Notes: generated by a model not told the origin, from the sequence alone. A stretch of 64,000 nt of DNA from Candidatus Bathyarchaeota archaeon (GCA_021161255.1 JAGHAZ010000025.1:216-64215); one strand, 5' to 3'. Numbered from the stretch's first letter, positions 1 to 10,148 are shown. A program made the numbers and translations.

Positions 1-122
1 AGATTTGGATATAAACCTAAGTAAGGCATGAAAGAGCCTATAGGAATGCTCAAAAAAGTACAGTAAACATTTTTAAGTTTCCAATGAAAATCTATTTTAA
101 TTCTGTATAAGAGGAGAGGTTT

Positions 123-1403
123 ATGAGAGCTAGCAGAAGTCTAAAGGCGATCTCCACCGGTTTAGCGCTCATAACGATAGTAGTCGTAGCCATCATAGCG
201 GGTGTAGCCGGCTACTACGCCGGACAATCAGCCGCGTCAGCAGCCTATCAGGAAGGTTACGACGCAGGGTATCAAGCAGGTCTGGCAGACGGACGACAAC
301 AGGCGCTTCAAGAGGTTTCACCGGTTTTACCCTCGGAGATCAAGATAGGGTGCATAATGTCTCTAACTGGGTTCTTAGGTCCTATGGGAGAGAACATAGT
401 TAAGGGCGTCGAATTAGCGGTTAACGAGGTCAATGCGAGAGGAGGGATAGCCGGTAGGAAGATCAAGCTCATAGTCGAAGACGATGGCACAGACCCTACG
501 AAGGGCCTAGAGGCCTTGAAGAAGCTTGTTGAGGTAGATGGTTGCCAGGTCGTGATAGGGCCCATGGCTAGCGGAGTCTTAAGAGCCCTGGGCAACTACA
601 CGAACGAGCATAAGGTCGTTCTGATATCACCGACCGCTACGGCTCCTTACATAACTACCGAGTTTCCAGACGACTACGTCTTCAGAACGGTCGGAAGCGA
701 TACACTCCAGGGTAAGGCCCTTGGGGAGATACTAGTCGATAGAGGGGTTTCGAAGGTCGTTATCCTCGTTATGGATAACGCATATGGCGTCGGCATAATG
801 AATGAAGCTATGAAAGTTCTAAACGACAGGGTCGTCAAGACCATCAGATACGACCCCTCTAAGCTAGACTTTACCACTGAGCTTCAGACGATTAAGGACC
901 TTAACCCAGACGCTGTACTCTACGTCGGCTACTACGAAGACGGCAAGATCATGTTCAAACAGGCCCTTGAGATGGGGTTGGATAACATTCTCTGGGTCTG
1001 CGCCGAAGGTGTCTATGGAAACCCCATGTTCGAGGAACCAGCGGCGGCTAAGTTCATGGAGAAGGCATGCATAGGAACCAGGCCCTCCGCTCCGATAGGG
1101 CTTACCAGCTACGAACTGTTCAGGAAGAAGTTTAAGGACGCATACGGTGAAGAACCGCCTATGTATTCAGACACGGCCTACGACGCCACGATGATGGCAA
1201 TTCTAGCCATAGCTAAAGCTGGAGATTACAATGGAACTAAGATACGGGAAGCGCTGATCGATATTAGTCAGACATTCATGGGTGCTACTGGGTATAAGCT
1301 GTTCGACGAGAACGGAGACCAACTATACCAAGTTTACGAGATATGGGACGTGGTTGAAGAGGACGGCAAGTACAAGTTTGTAGGTATAGGCTATTGGCCC
1401 TAA
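123..1403 (+). CDS. livJ: Branched-chain amino acid ABC transporter substrate-binding protein (LivJ/LivK periplasmic-binding fold) with an N-terminal TM anchor
   Basis: 426-aa ORF. The N-terminal hydrophobic helix (LALITIVVVAIIAGVAG) is followed by a type I periplasmic binding protein-like sequence. It sits immediately upstream of two permease and two ATPase genes in livHMGF order. Confidence 0.7.
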   Translation: MRASRSLKAISTGLALITIVVVAIIAGVAGYYAGQSAASAAYQEGYDAGYQAGLADGRQQALQEVSPVLPSEIKIGCIMSLTGFLGPMGENIVKGVELAVNEVNARGGIAGRKIKLIVEDDGTDPTKGLEALKKLVEVDGCQVVIGPMASGVLRALGNYTNEHKVVLISPTATAPYITTEFPDDYVFRTVGSDTLQGKALGEILVDRGVSKVVILVMDNAYGVGIMNEAMKVLNDRVVKTIRYDPSKLDFTTELQTIKDLNPDAVLYVGYYEDGKIMFKQALEMGLDNILWVCAEGVYGNPMFEEPAAAKFMEKACIGTRPSAPIGLTSYELFRKKFKDAYGEEPPMYSDTAYDATMMAILAIAKAGDYNGTKIREALIDISQTFMGATGYKLFDENGDQLYQVYEIWDVVEEDGKYKFVGIGYWP

Positions 1404-1439
1404 TAATCCATTTTTCTTTTCTTCTATAGGTGATGGACG

Positions 1440-2327
1440 GTGATAAACTGGCTTCAGGTCTTGATGAACTCCCTTGTCTGGGGTTGCATGTATCTTCTAG
1501 CCACCGTAGGCTTATCCTTGACCTATGGTTTATCTCGTTTCCCTAACTTCGCCCATGCGGAGTATGTGACGTTTGGAGCCTATATGGCATACATGTTTTT
1601 TAACATACTTGGGTTAGACCTCTACCTTTCTGTAGGACTGGCCGTTTTAATATCTGCCCTTCTAGGGGGGATGAGCTACTTTCTTCTCTTTAAGCCGCTT
1701 AAGTCTAGAGGGGCGTCTCTGATACACCTCATGGTAGCGTCCATAGGGCTGGGGCTTCTCATAAGACATACACTCATGCAAGTATTTGGAGGAGGTATTC
1801 TATCGTTCAAGATGATATGGCCCTGTATATTTATAGGCCCGGTGGTTACGACCTCTCTTCTTCTAACGGCTATAGCTGCTGCGTTCACCGTAGCAGTTCT
1901 ACTTCATATACTCCTCACCAAGACTAGGCTGGGTAAGGCCATAAGAGCTACGGCGGATAATCCGGAACTAGCAGCTGCTTCGGGGATAGACATGGATAGG
2001 GTGAGCCTGTTCACGTGGTCTTTAGGTGCCGCTTTAGCCGGTTTTTCAGGCGTGTTTCTAGCTATGCGTAGCAGCCTAGTCCCGCTACTCGGCTGGAAGA
2101 TCCTTCTCCAAGCCTTCGCGATAACCTTGCTAGGCGGTATAGGGAGCTTCTACGGCGTCCTAGCGGCATCCTTTATCTTGAGTCTATCTGAAAACCTAGG
2201 AGTCGTAGCGTTAACGTGGGTAGGTCTTTCAGCAGACTACCGCTCGGCCGTAGCTTTCATAGTACTCGTTTCAACGCTCATACTCAAACCAGAGGGGCTT
2301 ATATCGACCGTTAAAAGGAGGGCTTGA
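1440..2327 (+). CDS. livH: Branched-chain amino acid ABC transporter permease (LivH family)
   Basis: 295-aa polytopic membrane protein. Position and composition are typical of LivH/BPD_transp_2. Confidence 0.7.
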   Translation: MINWLQVLMNSLVWGCMYLLATVGLSLTYGLSRFPNFAHAEYVTFGAYMAYMFFNILGLDLYLSVGLAVLISALLGGMSYFLLFKPLKSRGASLIHLMVASIGLGLLIRHTLMQVFGGGILSFKMIWPCIFIGPVVTTSLLLTAIAAAFTVAVLLHILLTKTRLGKAIRATADNPELAAASGIDMDRVSLFTWSLGAALAGFSGVFLAMRSSLVPLLGWKILLQAFAITLLGGIGSFYGVLAASFILSLSENLGVVALTWVGLSADYRSAVAFIVLVSTLILKPEGLISTVKRRA

Positions 2328-2328
2328 G

Positions 2329-3288
2329 ATGCCGGATCCCCTAATGTATGTACTCGACGCGGTGGCGTATGCAGGCATCTTCGGGATGCTATCCCTTAGC
2401 CTCAACCTGGAATACGGGTATACGAACCTCGCGAACTTCGGGAAGGTTGCATTCTTCATGGTCGGCGCCTACGTAGCTGCGGTCATGGCTAGGATGGGAT
2501 ACCCATTCACCGTATATGCTCTGGTAGCCTCTCTGGCGGCCGGGTTTATCGGACTTTTAACATCTCTCCCAGCCCTGAGACTTAGAGAAGATTTCCTTGC
2601 CATAACTATGACCGCCCTGGGAGAGGTGATGAAGCTTATAGTTAAGAACGAGGAATGGCTTGCAGGGGGAGTTTGGGGATTATCTGGAATACCTCCTGCG
2701 ATAATCATTCAAGGTTTATCGTTCAGGGAGAGGCTTCTCGTCCAAATAGCCTTGATCTACGGATGCCTCGTAGCGTGCTACGTCGTATGTGAGCTTCTAG
2801 CAAAATCCCCCTACGGTAGAGTTTTGAAGACCATAAGGGAAGACGAGCTTTTAGCCGCAGCTTACGGTAAAAACGTTTTCAGATATAAAGCTTGTACTTT
2901 TGCCCTAGGCTCGGCGATCTCAGGACTTGCGGGAGGTCTATTTGCACAGTATATAGGCACTGTAAGCCCGTATATGTTCGAGCCTACCGTGACGTTTTCG
3001 GTCTGGATGATGGTCATCTTAGGAGGACCGGCTAATAACACCGGTGCCATTCTAGGAGCTTTCCTCGTCGAGGGATTTCATAGGTCCTCTAGGCTTCTTA
3101 AAGACTATATAGGCCTCCCTCTAGATCCGATAAACCTCCAGGTTATGCTTACGGCGCTTCTGGTGATCACCGTTGTATTCTACAGGCCACAAGGCCTGTT
3201 AAAGGAGAGGGTCACCCCTTGGGATAAAGGGATCCTCAGAAAGCTTAAACCCATGTGTAGGAGGGTTAAGACATGGGTTCGATCCTGA
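2329..3288 (+). CDS. livM: Branched-chain amino acid ABC transporter permease (LivM family)
   Basis: 319-aa membrane protein starting 2 nt after livH. It is the second permease of the operon. Confidence 0.7.
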   Translation: MPDPLMYVLDAVAYAGIFGMLSLSLNLEYGYTNLANFGKVAFFMVGAYVAAVMARMGYPFTVYALVASLAAGFIGLLTSLPALRLREDFLAITMTALGEVMKLIVKNEEWLAGGVWGLSGIPPAIIIQGLSFRERLLVQIALIYGCLVACYVVCELLAKSPYGRVLKTIREDELLAAAYGKNVFRYKACTFALGSAISGLAGGLFAQYIGTVSPYMFEPTVTFSVWMMVILGGPANNTGAILGAFLVEGFHRSSRLLKDYIGLPLDPINLQVMLTALLVITVVFYRPQGLLKERVTPWDKGILRKLKPMCRRVKTWVRS

Positions 3289-4034
3289 ATACGGATAATT
3301 TAGTCAAAAGGTTCGGCGGCTTAGCGGCCGTAGACAAGGTTACGTTAGACGTAGAGGAGGAGAGTATCGTAGGCCTCATAGGACCCAACGGAAGCGGTAA
3401 AACCACGCTGTTCAACGTTTTAACAGGCATATACCGGCCTGATGCAGGGAAGGTGTTCTTCCGTAGGGAAAGGATAGATGGGCTTCAACCCCATCAAGTA
3501 TACGTTAAAGGACTTGTTAGAACGTTTCAGACACCTAAGATCATCCAAAAGATGACGGTTCTAGACAATGTCATGCTAGCTGTGAAGAACCCTGGAGAAA
3601 GTCTAATAGCGGCGTTGTTTAAACGTAGAAGCTGGATAGGGTTTGAGAATAGACTTAGGGAGAAGGCCTTGGAGATCTTAAGGTTCTTGGGTCTCGATAA
3701 GCACGCATATACTCCCGCCAGCGAACTCTCTGGAGGCCAGATGAAGCTTCTGGAGATAGCTAGGGCATTGATATCTGAACCTAAGATGATACTTCTAGAC
3801 GAGCCTACTGCAGGAGTCAATCCTGTACTTGCGTATACGATATTCGACCGGGTCAAGGAGCTTAGGAAGAGGTTTGGGATAACCTTCTTTATAATAGAGC
3901 ATAGGATAGAGCTTCTCATGAGGTATGTGGACAGGGTTTACGTCATGCATCAGGGTAAACTTATAGCCGAGGGAGAGCCTAACGATATTATGAACAACCC
4001 GGATGTGGTTAAGGTATACCTGGGGTCGATATGA
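3273..4034 (+). CDS. livG: ABC transporter ATP-binding protein (LivG family)
   Basis: Walker A GPNGSGKTT, ABC signature LSGGQ and Walker B ILLDEP. Overlaps livM by 16 nt. Confidence 0.8.
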   Translation: MGSILNTDNLVKRFGGLAAVDKVTLDVEEESIVGLIGPNGSGKTTLFNVLTGIYRPDAGKVFFRRERIDGLQPHQVYVKGLVRTFQTPKIIQKMTVLDNVMLAVKNPGESLIAALFKRRSWIGFENRLREKALEILRFLGLDKHAYTPASELSGGQMKLLEIARALISEPKMILLDEPTAGVNPVLAYTIFDRVKELRKRFGITFFIIEHRIELLMRYVDRVYVMHQGKLIAEGEPNDIMNNPDVVKVYLGSI

Positions 4035-4738
4035 CGGTTTTAGAGGTTTTAAATCTAGTTGCAGGGTACTGGAAGATCCCCGTCGTGGAAGACGTTTCCA
4101 TAAGAGTCGATAAGGGAGAGATAGTTGCACTTCTAGGACCTAACGGAAGCGGGAAATCGACCGTTCTCAAGAGCATAATGGGTTTTGCAAAGGTGTTCAA
4201 GGGCAAGATAGTCTATAACGGTTCGGACGTGACAGGAGTCCCGGCTAACAGACTTGTGAAGATGGGTATCAGCTACGTTCCTCAAGTAGCTAACATCTTC
4301 GGAAGCCTCACAGTTAAGGAAAACCTTGAGATAGGTGCGTATCTCAGGAAGGAGGGTGTGGAAAAGGATATGGAAGAGGTCTTAGAGTTCTTCCCAGAGC
4401 TTAAAGGTATGTTGAGGCGTAGGGCCGACAGCTTAAGCGGGGGGGAGAGGCAACTCCTAGCGTTAGCTAGGGCTCTTATGAGTAAGCCGAGGCTTCTACT
4501 GCTAGACGAGCCTACTGCAAGCCTCTCGCCTAAAACTGCTTTAAACGTGTTCTCCAAGATCATCGAGATCAGGGACGAGGGTATACCTATACTGATGGCG
4601 GAACAGAACGTGCTTAAGACGCTAGAGATCTCAGACAGAGCATATATACTTGTGTCCGGAAAGTGTATAGCCTCAGGATCCTCTGAAGAGATCCTTAAAG
4701 ACGAGAACTTAGGCAGGCTTTACCTCGGTTTAAAGTAG
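4031..4738 (+). CDS. livF: ABC transporter ATP-binding protein (LivF family)
   Basis: Walker A GPNGSGKST, LSGGE signature and LLLDEP. ATGA overlap with livG. Confidence 0.8.
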   Translation: MTVLEVLNLVAGYWKIPVVEDVSIRVDKGEIVALLGPNGSGKSTVLKSIMGFAKVFKGKIVYNGSDVTGVPANRLVKMGISYVPQVANIFGSLTVKENLEIGAYLRKEGVEKDMEEVLEFFPELKGMLRRRADSLSGGERQLLALARALMSKPRLLLLDEPTASLSPKTALNVFSKIIEIRDEGIPILMAEQNVLKTLEISDRAYILVSGKCIASGSSEEILKDENLGRLYLGLK

Positions 4739-4786
4739 ATATGAGATGTTAAACCTAAATCTCTGTCACGGTGTATCTGGTATCAG

Positions 4787-5458
4787 ATGAGGATAATAGC
4801 CGACGAGAGGGAGAAGGCTTCCAACGTTCCCGCTCTACTAGAGGACATGGGAGTACGAGTCGTATATGATGTCTTAGAGGCGGGAGACTACTTGCTCTCC
4901 AACAAAGTCGCCGTGGAGAGGAAGACCGTGCCAGACTTCATAGCTTCCATATTCGACGGCCGACTTTTTAAACAGGTTAAAGCCTTAAAGCAGGTCTACG
5001 AGAAGCCCATACTACTCATCGAAGGAGACCTAGCAAGGGTTGAGAGGCTTACGAACAGGCCTAGAGCGGTTATAGGAGCATTATCGGCGATAGCGATAGG
5101 GTTTGAGATCCCAGTTTTATATGCAGGTGATAAACGGCAGACGGCAGAGTACATATACACCATAGCCTCTAGGCTTCATAGGCGAGGTGAATCTAGACAG
5201 CCGATAACACCGCCTAGGGCGGGGCGGGTTTTCGACGAGAGGATTAGGGTACTTATAACCCTGCCGGGTATAGGGCCTACTCTAGCCGAGCGGCTTCTCA
5301 AGAGGTTTGGAAGCCTCAGAGACGTGTTCGACGCATCCATAACCGAGCTGATGAAAGTTAAGGGTCTAAGTCGCGACAAAGCCGAAGCCATCTACACGTT
5401 CATAAACAGCAGGTATGCAGAGCCTGAAAAGGTAGGTAGACAGACGAGGCTCGATTAA
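4787..5458 (+). CDS. xpf: Short (crenarchaeal-type) XPF/ERCC4 structure-specific endonuclease with a C-terminal HhH2 domain
   Basis: ERCC4 signature GDY...VERK..PDF near the N-terminus, then a helix-hairpin-helix region (LPGIGPTLAERLLKRFGS). The 223-aa length matches the short nuclease-only archaeal XPF. Confidence 0.65.
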   Translation: MRIIADEREKASNVPALLEDMGVRVVYDVLEAGDYLLSNKVAVERKTVPDFIASIFDGRLFKQVKALKQVYEKPILLIEGDLARVERLTNRPRAVIGALSAIAIGFEIPVLYAGDKRQTAEYIYTIASRLHRRGESRQPITPPRAGRVFDERIRVLITLPGIGPTLAERLLKRFGSLRDVFDASITELMKVKGLSRDKAEAIYTFINSRYAEPEKVGRQTRLD

Positions 5459-5469
5459 GACGAGGTAAA

Positions 5470-5481
5470 CCTTAATAAATT
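5470..5481 (+). promoter_or_regulatory. Putative TATA box for the tRNA-Gly gene
   Basis: CTTAATAAATTC lies 24-35 nt upstream of the tRNA 5' end. Confidence 0.3.
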
Positions 5482-5504
5482 CCTGTCTAAACCTAGAATT
5501 TTAG

Positions 5505-5578
5505 GCGGCTGTGGTCTAGTCTGGTAGGATTGGGGCCCCCCAAGCCCCAGGTCGCGGGTTCAAATCCCGCCAGCCGCA
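5505..5578 (+). tRNA. tRNA-Gly (anticodon CCC), 74 nt, no intron, CCA not encoded
   Basis: Hand-folded cloverleaf. Acceptor GCGGCTG/CAGCCGC. D-arm GTCT..GGAT with wobble pairs. Anticodon stem GGGGC/GCCCC with loop CCCCCAA (anticodon CCC at 5539-5541). Variable loop AGGTC. T-arm GCGGG-TTCAAAT-CCCGC. Discriminator A. Confidence 0.7.
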
Positions 5579-5653
5579 TCAACTTCTCAAACGCTAATCT
5601 CCGTCCCTTATAAGCTGAGGGGGTTAAGTTTAATTCATCAAACGCCTTAACTG

Positions 5654-6673
5654 TTGTCGTCTGATGGTTCTATGAGCTTGAAGCCTATTCAGCCTCTTAA
5701 GCATATAAGAGTAGAGCCTCTGGCTTCTGAAAGCCTCGGCGTTAGGTCTATGTGTCTTTACGTGGAGACCAAAGACGTTAAGGCAATTCTGGACCCCGGT
5801 GTCTCACTAGGTCCAAGATTTAGAAGGCTTCCGCATCCACGTGAGTATAAGGCGTTAGAGGAGGCTAGGAGGAGGATAAGGTGCTACGCTTCTAAGGCAT
5901 ATGTAGCGACGGTTTCGCATTATCACTATGACCATATAACCCCGCCGTTTGAGTCAGACTGGGTTTGGACATGGAGCAACCGTGAGGAGTGCGCAGCCGT
6001 ATACAGTGGCAAGCTCATGCTCGTCAAGAACATAAGGCGTAGGATAAACCTCAGCCAGAGACAGAGAGGATGGATTCTTCAGAAGTTCACCCGAGAGATC
6101 GCCGAGAGAATAGAGGTATGCGACGGAAAGACCTTCGAGTTCGGAGACACAGTCTTAAGGTTTTCAGAGCCTGTCCCTCATGGCGAAGAAGGATCACTCT
6201 TAGGGTGGGTTCTCATGGTCACGGTCGAAAGCCGTGGTGAGAAGCTAATCTACTGCTCGGATGTCCAAGGTCCCATGTCCAGCAAGACGCTTGAGCTTAT
6301 ACTCGCCGAGAAGCCTGACATGGTCGTAGTGGGAGGGCCACCGCTATACCTAGCGGGATTCAGGGTACGGCGTGAAAGCATAGAGAGGGGGTTAGAAAAC
6401 CTAGCTAAAATCGTCTCGAAGACCCGTGTAACGGTGGTGGACCACCATCTGCTTAGAGACCGGAATTGGAAAGAGGTCTCTAAGCAGGCTTTCTCAGAGG
6501 CAGTTAGACATAATCATGCCTTGTATACAGCCGCCGGTCTTTTAGGGCTAGAGGAGAGGCTTCTAGAAGCTTATAGAGCCGAGCTTTACGAGAGGGAGCC
6601 GCCGTCTAGAGAGTTTATCAAATGGACTAAGCTTCCAGCTGATAAAAGAAGAAGGGTTAGACCCCCTGTCTAG
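5654..6673 (+). CDS. Archaeal UPF0282-like metallo-beta-lactamase-fold protein
   Basis: 339-aa ORF with the MBL metal-binding motif HYHYDH (HxHxDH) about 90 residues in. Overall pattern matches the archaeal UPF0282 MBL-fold family. Confidence 0.45.
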   Translation: MSSDGSMSLKPIQPLKHIRVEPLASESLGVRSMCLYVETKDVKAILDPGVSLGPRFRRLPHPREYKALEEARRRIRCYASKAYVATVSHYHYDHITPPFESDWVWTWSNREECAAVYSGKLMLVKNIRRRINLSQRQRGWILQKFTREIAERIEVCDGKTFEFGDTVLRFSEPVPHGEEGSLLGWVLMVTVESRGEKLIYCSDVQGPMSSKTLELILAEKPDMVVVGGPPLYLAGFRVRRESIERGLENLAKIVSKTRVTVVDHHLLRDRNWKEVSKQAFSEAVRHNHALYTAAGLLGLEERLLEAYRAELYEREPPSREFIKWTKLPADKRRRVRPPV

Positions 6674-6676
6674 GGG

Positions 6677-7501
6677 TTAACAGTCGACTTGCTTCACGAG
6701 CTTCTCTATCTGTCTCCTACATAGGTAGAGGTCTATCGGGCTATAGCCCGAGTATATCTCTATAATCAAGGGAATTCGACGAGGCTTAACCATAGCGAGT
6801 AGAGGCTTGAAATCTAAGTCTCCTAAACCGATTATGAGGTTTTTGAACCGTAGGTCTTTAGTTATGTCGTTCATATGGATCACTAGGATGTGGTCTAAAA
6901 GTTTAGACGCATAGGAGGACACGTCGAACTCTATGGTGGCGGCCGCTGCAACATCTAGGCAGAAACCGAGCCTCGGTGAATCTATCTTACGTAGCACATA
7001 ATCGACATCCTCAGGTTTTCTAAGAATTTTAATCGACCCTATTTCACCGTTTTCCAAGGCGAGTTTAACGTCGTAGCAACTACACTCGTCTATAAGCCTT
7101 TTGCAGCAATAGGCGACCGTGTCCATCGAGATACCCGGTTTAAAAGAAGTGGGTGTAACGCTAACGATGGGGCATTTGAAAGACTCAGCCTCAGCTACAA
7201 CTTTACGGATCCTCGTGATCGACTTCTTAAGCCGCTCTTCATCATCCACGTAGAGAGAACCCGCCTCGAAGGAAACGATCCGCATGAGCCCCTTATCGAC
7301 CCACCGTCTAAGCTCCTTAAGATAATCTGTTTTGAGCCGCCCCAGTCTGACTACTCCGTCTTTGAAATAGTAAGGTTCGTCTATTATCCTGAAGAACTCG
7401 ACGTCAAGATATCTGAAACCTAGGTTATAGAGGTCTTTCAGCCAGCCATTAAACGGTGTCTTAGCGTTATGGGTTGAGGCGGCTATGATGGTTTTAACCA
7501 T
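6677..7501 (-). CDS. Sugar phosphate isomerase/epimerase (xylose isomerase-like TIM barrel, AP endonuclease 2 fold)
   Basis: 274-aa ORF with the alternating beta/alpha pattern and metal-ligand motif (ILVIHMND, ALENGE) typical of the xylose-isomerase-like TIM-barrel family. Confidence 0.5.
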   Translation of the reverse strand: MVKTIIAASTHNAKTPFNGWLKDLYNLGFRYLDVEFFRIIDEPYYFKDGVVRLGRLKTDYLKELRRWVDKGLMRIVSFEAGSLYVDDEERLKKSITRIRKVVAEAESFKCPIVSVTPTSFKPGISMDTVAYCCKRLIDECSCYDVKLALENGEIGSIKILRKPEDVDYVLRKIDSPRLGFCLDVAAAATIEFDVSSYASKLLDHILVIHMNDITKDLRFKNLIIGLGDLDFKPLLAMVKPRRIPLIIEIYSGYSPIDLYLCRRQIEKLVKQVDC

Positions 7502-7607
7502 GAATGCACCATCTCCTAGACCCAGATTAGCATTAGAATAAAAGGCAGATGCTCCTAAATAGGTTAACGTTCTTTCTGAGGAAGGGGAAAAGTCTTAAGC
7601 TAGGGTA

Positions 7608-8480
7608 TTGGCAAGATTTCCAGTTAGGTGTTTGGTTGTGATTATAGACGTTCACACTCATCTCGGCTCGGTAAGGTCATATGCACCGGTTTTGAAGGGA
7701 ATGATCACGGTTTCTAAGGACGATTTGAAGGAATACATGGATACTGTAGGTGTAGACTACGTCGTCCTCTTGTCTACTCCTGAGTCTAGGCCGGATATAG
7801 GTGAAGACATCTACGACGCGTGGAAGGTTCTAGATGCATGTAGAGGAGAGGATAGGCTTATACCATTCTGCTCGATAAATCCCACGACCGAAGGCTTCTT
7901 AGAAACGGTCGAAAAGCTCTACGAGGAGGGGGCTAGAGGCTTCGGCGAGTATAAGGTTAGGCTTAGAGTAGATCATCCATCTTCGAAAGCCATATACGAG
8001 CTATGTGGCAGGTTAGGTATGCCTGTTCTTCTTCACATGGACCGCGAACACAACATGGATGTACAGGCGTTCATAGAGGTCGCTAAGACCTATTCGAACA
8101 CCGTTTTCATAGCTCATGGACCCGGCTGGTGGAGGGAGATATCGGCGAACCCGCCTCCAGATGTCGACTATCCGAAGGGCCCCGTGAAGCCTGGGGGACT
8201 TGTCGAGAAAGTCCTTAAGGAGCTCCCTAACGTCTACGCTGATATATCGGCTACGTCCGGGCTGAACGCGTTGTCTAGAGACTTAGGATACTCGAGGAAG
8301 TTTCTGAGAGAATGTCAGAGTAAGATCCTCTATGGGACGGACTTCCCATGTATATGCGACTATGGAGACCAGTACGGGCCTAACAAGAGGCATCTGAATC
8401 TTCTTAAAAAGCTTGAGCTTGAAGAGGAGGTTTACGAGGCGATAACCTATAAGAACGCCGAGAGGATCCTGAAAATCTAA
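7608..8480 (+). CDS. Amidohydrolase-family metal-dependent TIM-barrel hydrolase
   Basis: The N-terminal IIDVHTHLG motif (HxH metal site) is typical of amidohydrolase-2 / TatD-like hydrolases. The real start is probably TTG 7632 or GTG 7638, just before IIDVHTH. Confidence 0.5.
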   Translation: MARFPVRCLVVIIDVHTHLGSVRSYAPVLKGMITVSKDDLKEYMDTVGVDYVVLLSTPESRPDIGEDIYDAWKVLDACRGEDRLIPFCSINPTTEGFLETVEKLYEEGARGFGEYKVRLRVDHPSSKAIYELCGRLGMPVLLHMDREHNMDVQAFIEVAKTYSNTVFIAHGPGWWREISANPPPDVDYPKGPVKPGGLVEKVLKELPNVYADISATSGLNALSRDLGYSRKFLRECQSKILYGTDFPCICDYGDQYGPNKRHLNLLKKLELEEEVYEAITYKNAERILKI

Positions 8481-8500
8481 CAAAAATAAAATGAGGGCAT

Positions 8501-9613
8501 TTAGCCGCCGTAAAGGATTACCTTCTTGAGGTAGTCCAATATTCTAGCCTGGTCTCCTGTAGCTCTGATCTTCTCAAACTCCTCCTTAGACGCGTATATC
8601 GTCAGAGCCTTCTTGTAGAGGTTTGCGAAGAACTCCTTTGAGAGCCTAAGAGCCTCGACCGGGTTCATCCTATAGGAGAACTGGTCTAGCACGAACCAGC
8701 CTTTAAAACCGGTATCTAACGCTGCGTATAGGAAGTCTATGAACATCCATAGGTCTCCTGTGCCGACGACGCGGTCCTCGTCGTTGCTATGGGTTTTAGC
8801 CGTATTCACGTGAAATGTGATTATCGGTACACCGAACTTCTTAGCGGCGTAAACGGTGAAGGCAGGTTCCACGGCATACATAACCTCATGCCCATAGTCT
8901 ATCGTGATTCCCATAACCCTAGAGCCAAGCTCCTCGTTGACAGCCCTAGCCAATAATATGGCAAAGTGAGAGGTCGGGACTATCATGTTACCCTCCTTAG
9001 GCTCCTTAAGCTTAGCCTCGATAGCGAAGGCTAGATCGAGCTTTCTAGCTCGCCCGGCTAGAGTCAGACATGCATCGTAGAGCCATTCAAGCCTCTTACC
9101 ATAGTCGACCTCGAGGCTGTAATCCCATCCATCCTGGCCAGGCCATAGGGAAGCCGCATCTGCCCCGACTTCTTTCGCCAACTCCAACCCGTCCAAAAGA
9201 ACGTTTAAAGCCTCCTTCCTAAGCCGTTCATCCGGGTTTGTTACGCTTCCAAGCTTCCACTTAGGTATGCCAGATATGTCTAGAGCAAGACCAGCTGGTC
9301 TTAAACCCAGCTCCGTCATACACTCCTTAACCTCATCGACAAGCCTCCAGTCGACCTCGTAGTTCGAATTCATTAGTTGAGTGTTTAGCAGAGTCGCGCC
9401 TTTTATGCCTGCGTCATGGATACGCTTCAGCCGGGACTTTAGATCTAGGGGTAGACCTGGAAAGTATCCACTAGTATTAAACCTGTCTGAGAAATCTCCA
9501 GCGGCCCAGGTTCCAGCCCCGAACTTGACATCGAACTTCTCGAAGAACTCGTCGACTTCAGAACCTTCTATGAAACCCTTAAACCTGGAAAGCCTTTCCA
9601 AAACACCGTTCAT
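8501..9613 (-). CDS. Xylose isomerase/L-rhamnose isomerase-like TIM-barrel sugar isomerase
   Basis: 370-aa ORF. LWPGQDGWDY resembles the xylose-isomerase FWGGREG motif. Metal-ligand-like segments ITIDYGHE and FHVNTAK. Paired with another isomerase-like gene and an amidohydrolase. Confidence 0.45.
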   Translation of the reverse strand: MNGVLERLSRFKGFIEGSEVDEFFEKFDVKFGAGTWAAGDFSDRFNTSGYFPGLPLDLKSRLKRIHDAGIKGATLLNTQLMNSNYEVDWRLVDEVKECMTELGLRPAGLALDISGIPKWKLGSVTNPDERLRKEALNVLLDGLELAKEVGADAASLWPGQDGWDYSLEVDYGKRLEWLYDACLTLAGRARKLDLAFAIEAKLKEPKEGNMIVPTSHFAILLARAVNEELGSRVMGITIDYGHEVMYAVEPAFTVYAAKKFGVPIITFHVNTAKTHSNDEDRVVGTGDLWMFIDFLYAALDTGFKGWFVLDQFSYRMNPVEALRLSKEFFANLYKKALTIYASKEEFEKIRATGDQARILDYLKKVILYGG

Positions 9614-9691
9614 GAGAGCCCGTTAAATCTATCTAGTTTAAACCAATATAAGCGTGAATAATCAGTATAGACGATCAAATATCAGAGGAGG

Positions 9692-10147
9692 GTGTGTGCA
9701 ATGGGTGTAGAAATGGTCGATATAACCGGTAAAAACGAGGTGTATCGGGAGGCCATGGCTGAAGGGGTTATCAGGCTCAGACCTGAAACCGTATCGGCCA
9801 TAGTGGAGGGTAAGATTCCGAAAGGCGACGTATTGACCGCCGCTCAGCTAGCCGCCATAAACGCCGTTAAAAAAACTCCTGAGCTCATCCTCCTAGCGCA
9901 TCCCATACCAGTGACATCTGTCGACGTGGAAATCAAGCCTCTAGTAGAATCTGTAAAGGTTATTGTGACCGTTAAGGCTACCGCGAAAACAGGAGTGGAG
10001 CTGGAGGCGCTTACAGGGGTTACAGTGGCTCTGCTCACGATATTCGACATGTGTAAACAGCTTGAAAAAGATGAGAAGGGGGAATACCCTTCGACGACGA
10101 TTACGGATATAAAGGTCGTTAGAAAAGTTAAAACAACCATTGGGTAA
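9692..10147 (+). CDS. moaC: Cyclic pyranopterin monophosphate synthase MoaC
   Basis: The N-terminus MVDITGK..VYREA.A.G.I matches the MoaC signature (MVDVS.K..T.R.A.A). 151-aa length is typical. Confidence 0.7.
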   Translation: MCAMGVEMVDITGKNEVYREAMAEGVIRLRPETVSAIVEGKIPKGDVLTAAQLAAINAVKKTPELILLAHPIPVTSVDVEIKPLVESVKVIVTVKATAKTGVELEALTGVTVALLTIFDMCKQLEKDEKGEYPSTTITDIKVVRKVKTTIG

Positions 10148-10148
10148 G

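Noticed and set aside
4797-5458. C-terminal PCNA-interacting (PIP) box in the short XPF
   Set aside because: The C-terminus (…GRQTRLD) retains Q-x-x-L but lacks the aromatic pair of a canonical QxxLxxFF PIP box. This cannot be judged without alignment and is not reported as a feature.
5459-5660. Possible integrated element or attachment site at the tRNA-Gly gene
   Set aside because: No integrase, transposase or direct repeat of the tRNA 3' end was recognisable within the following 6 kb. The downstream genes are metabolic.
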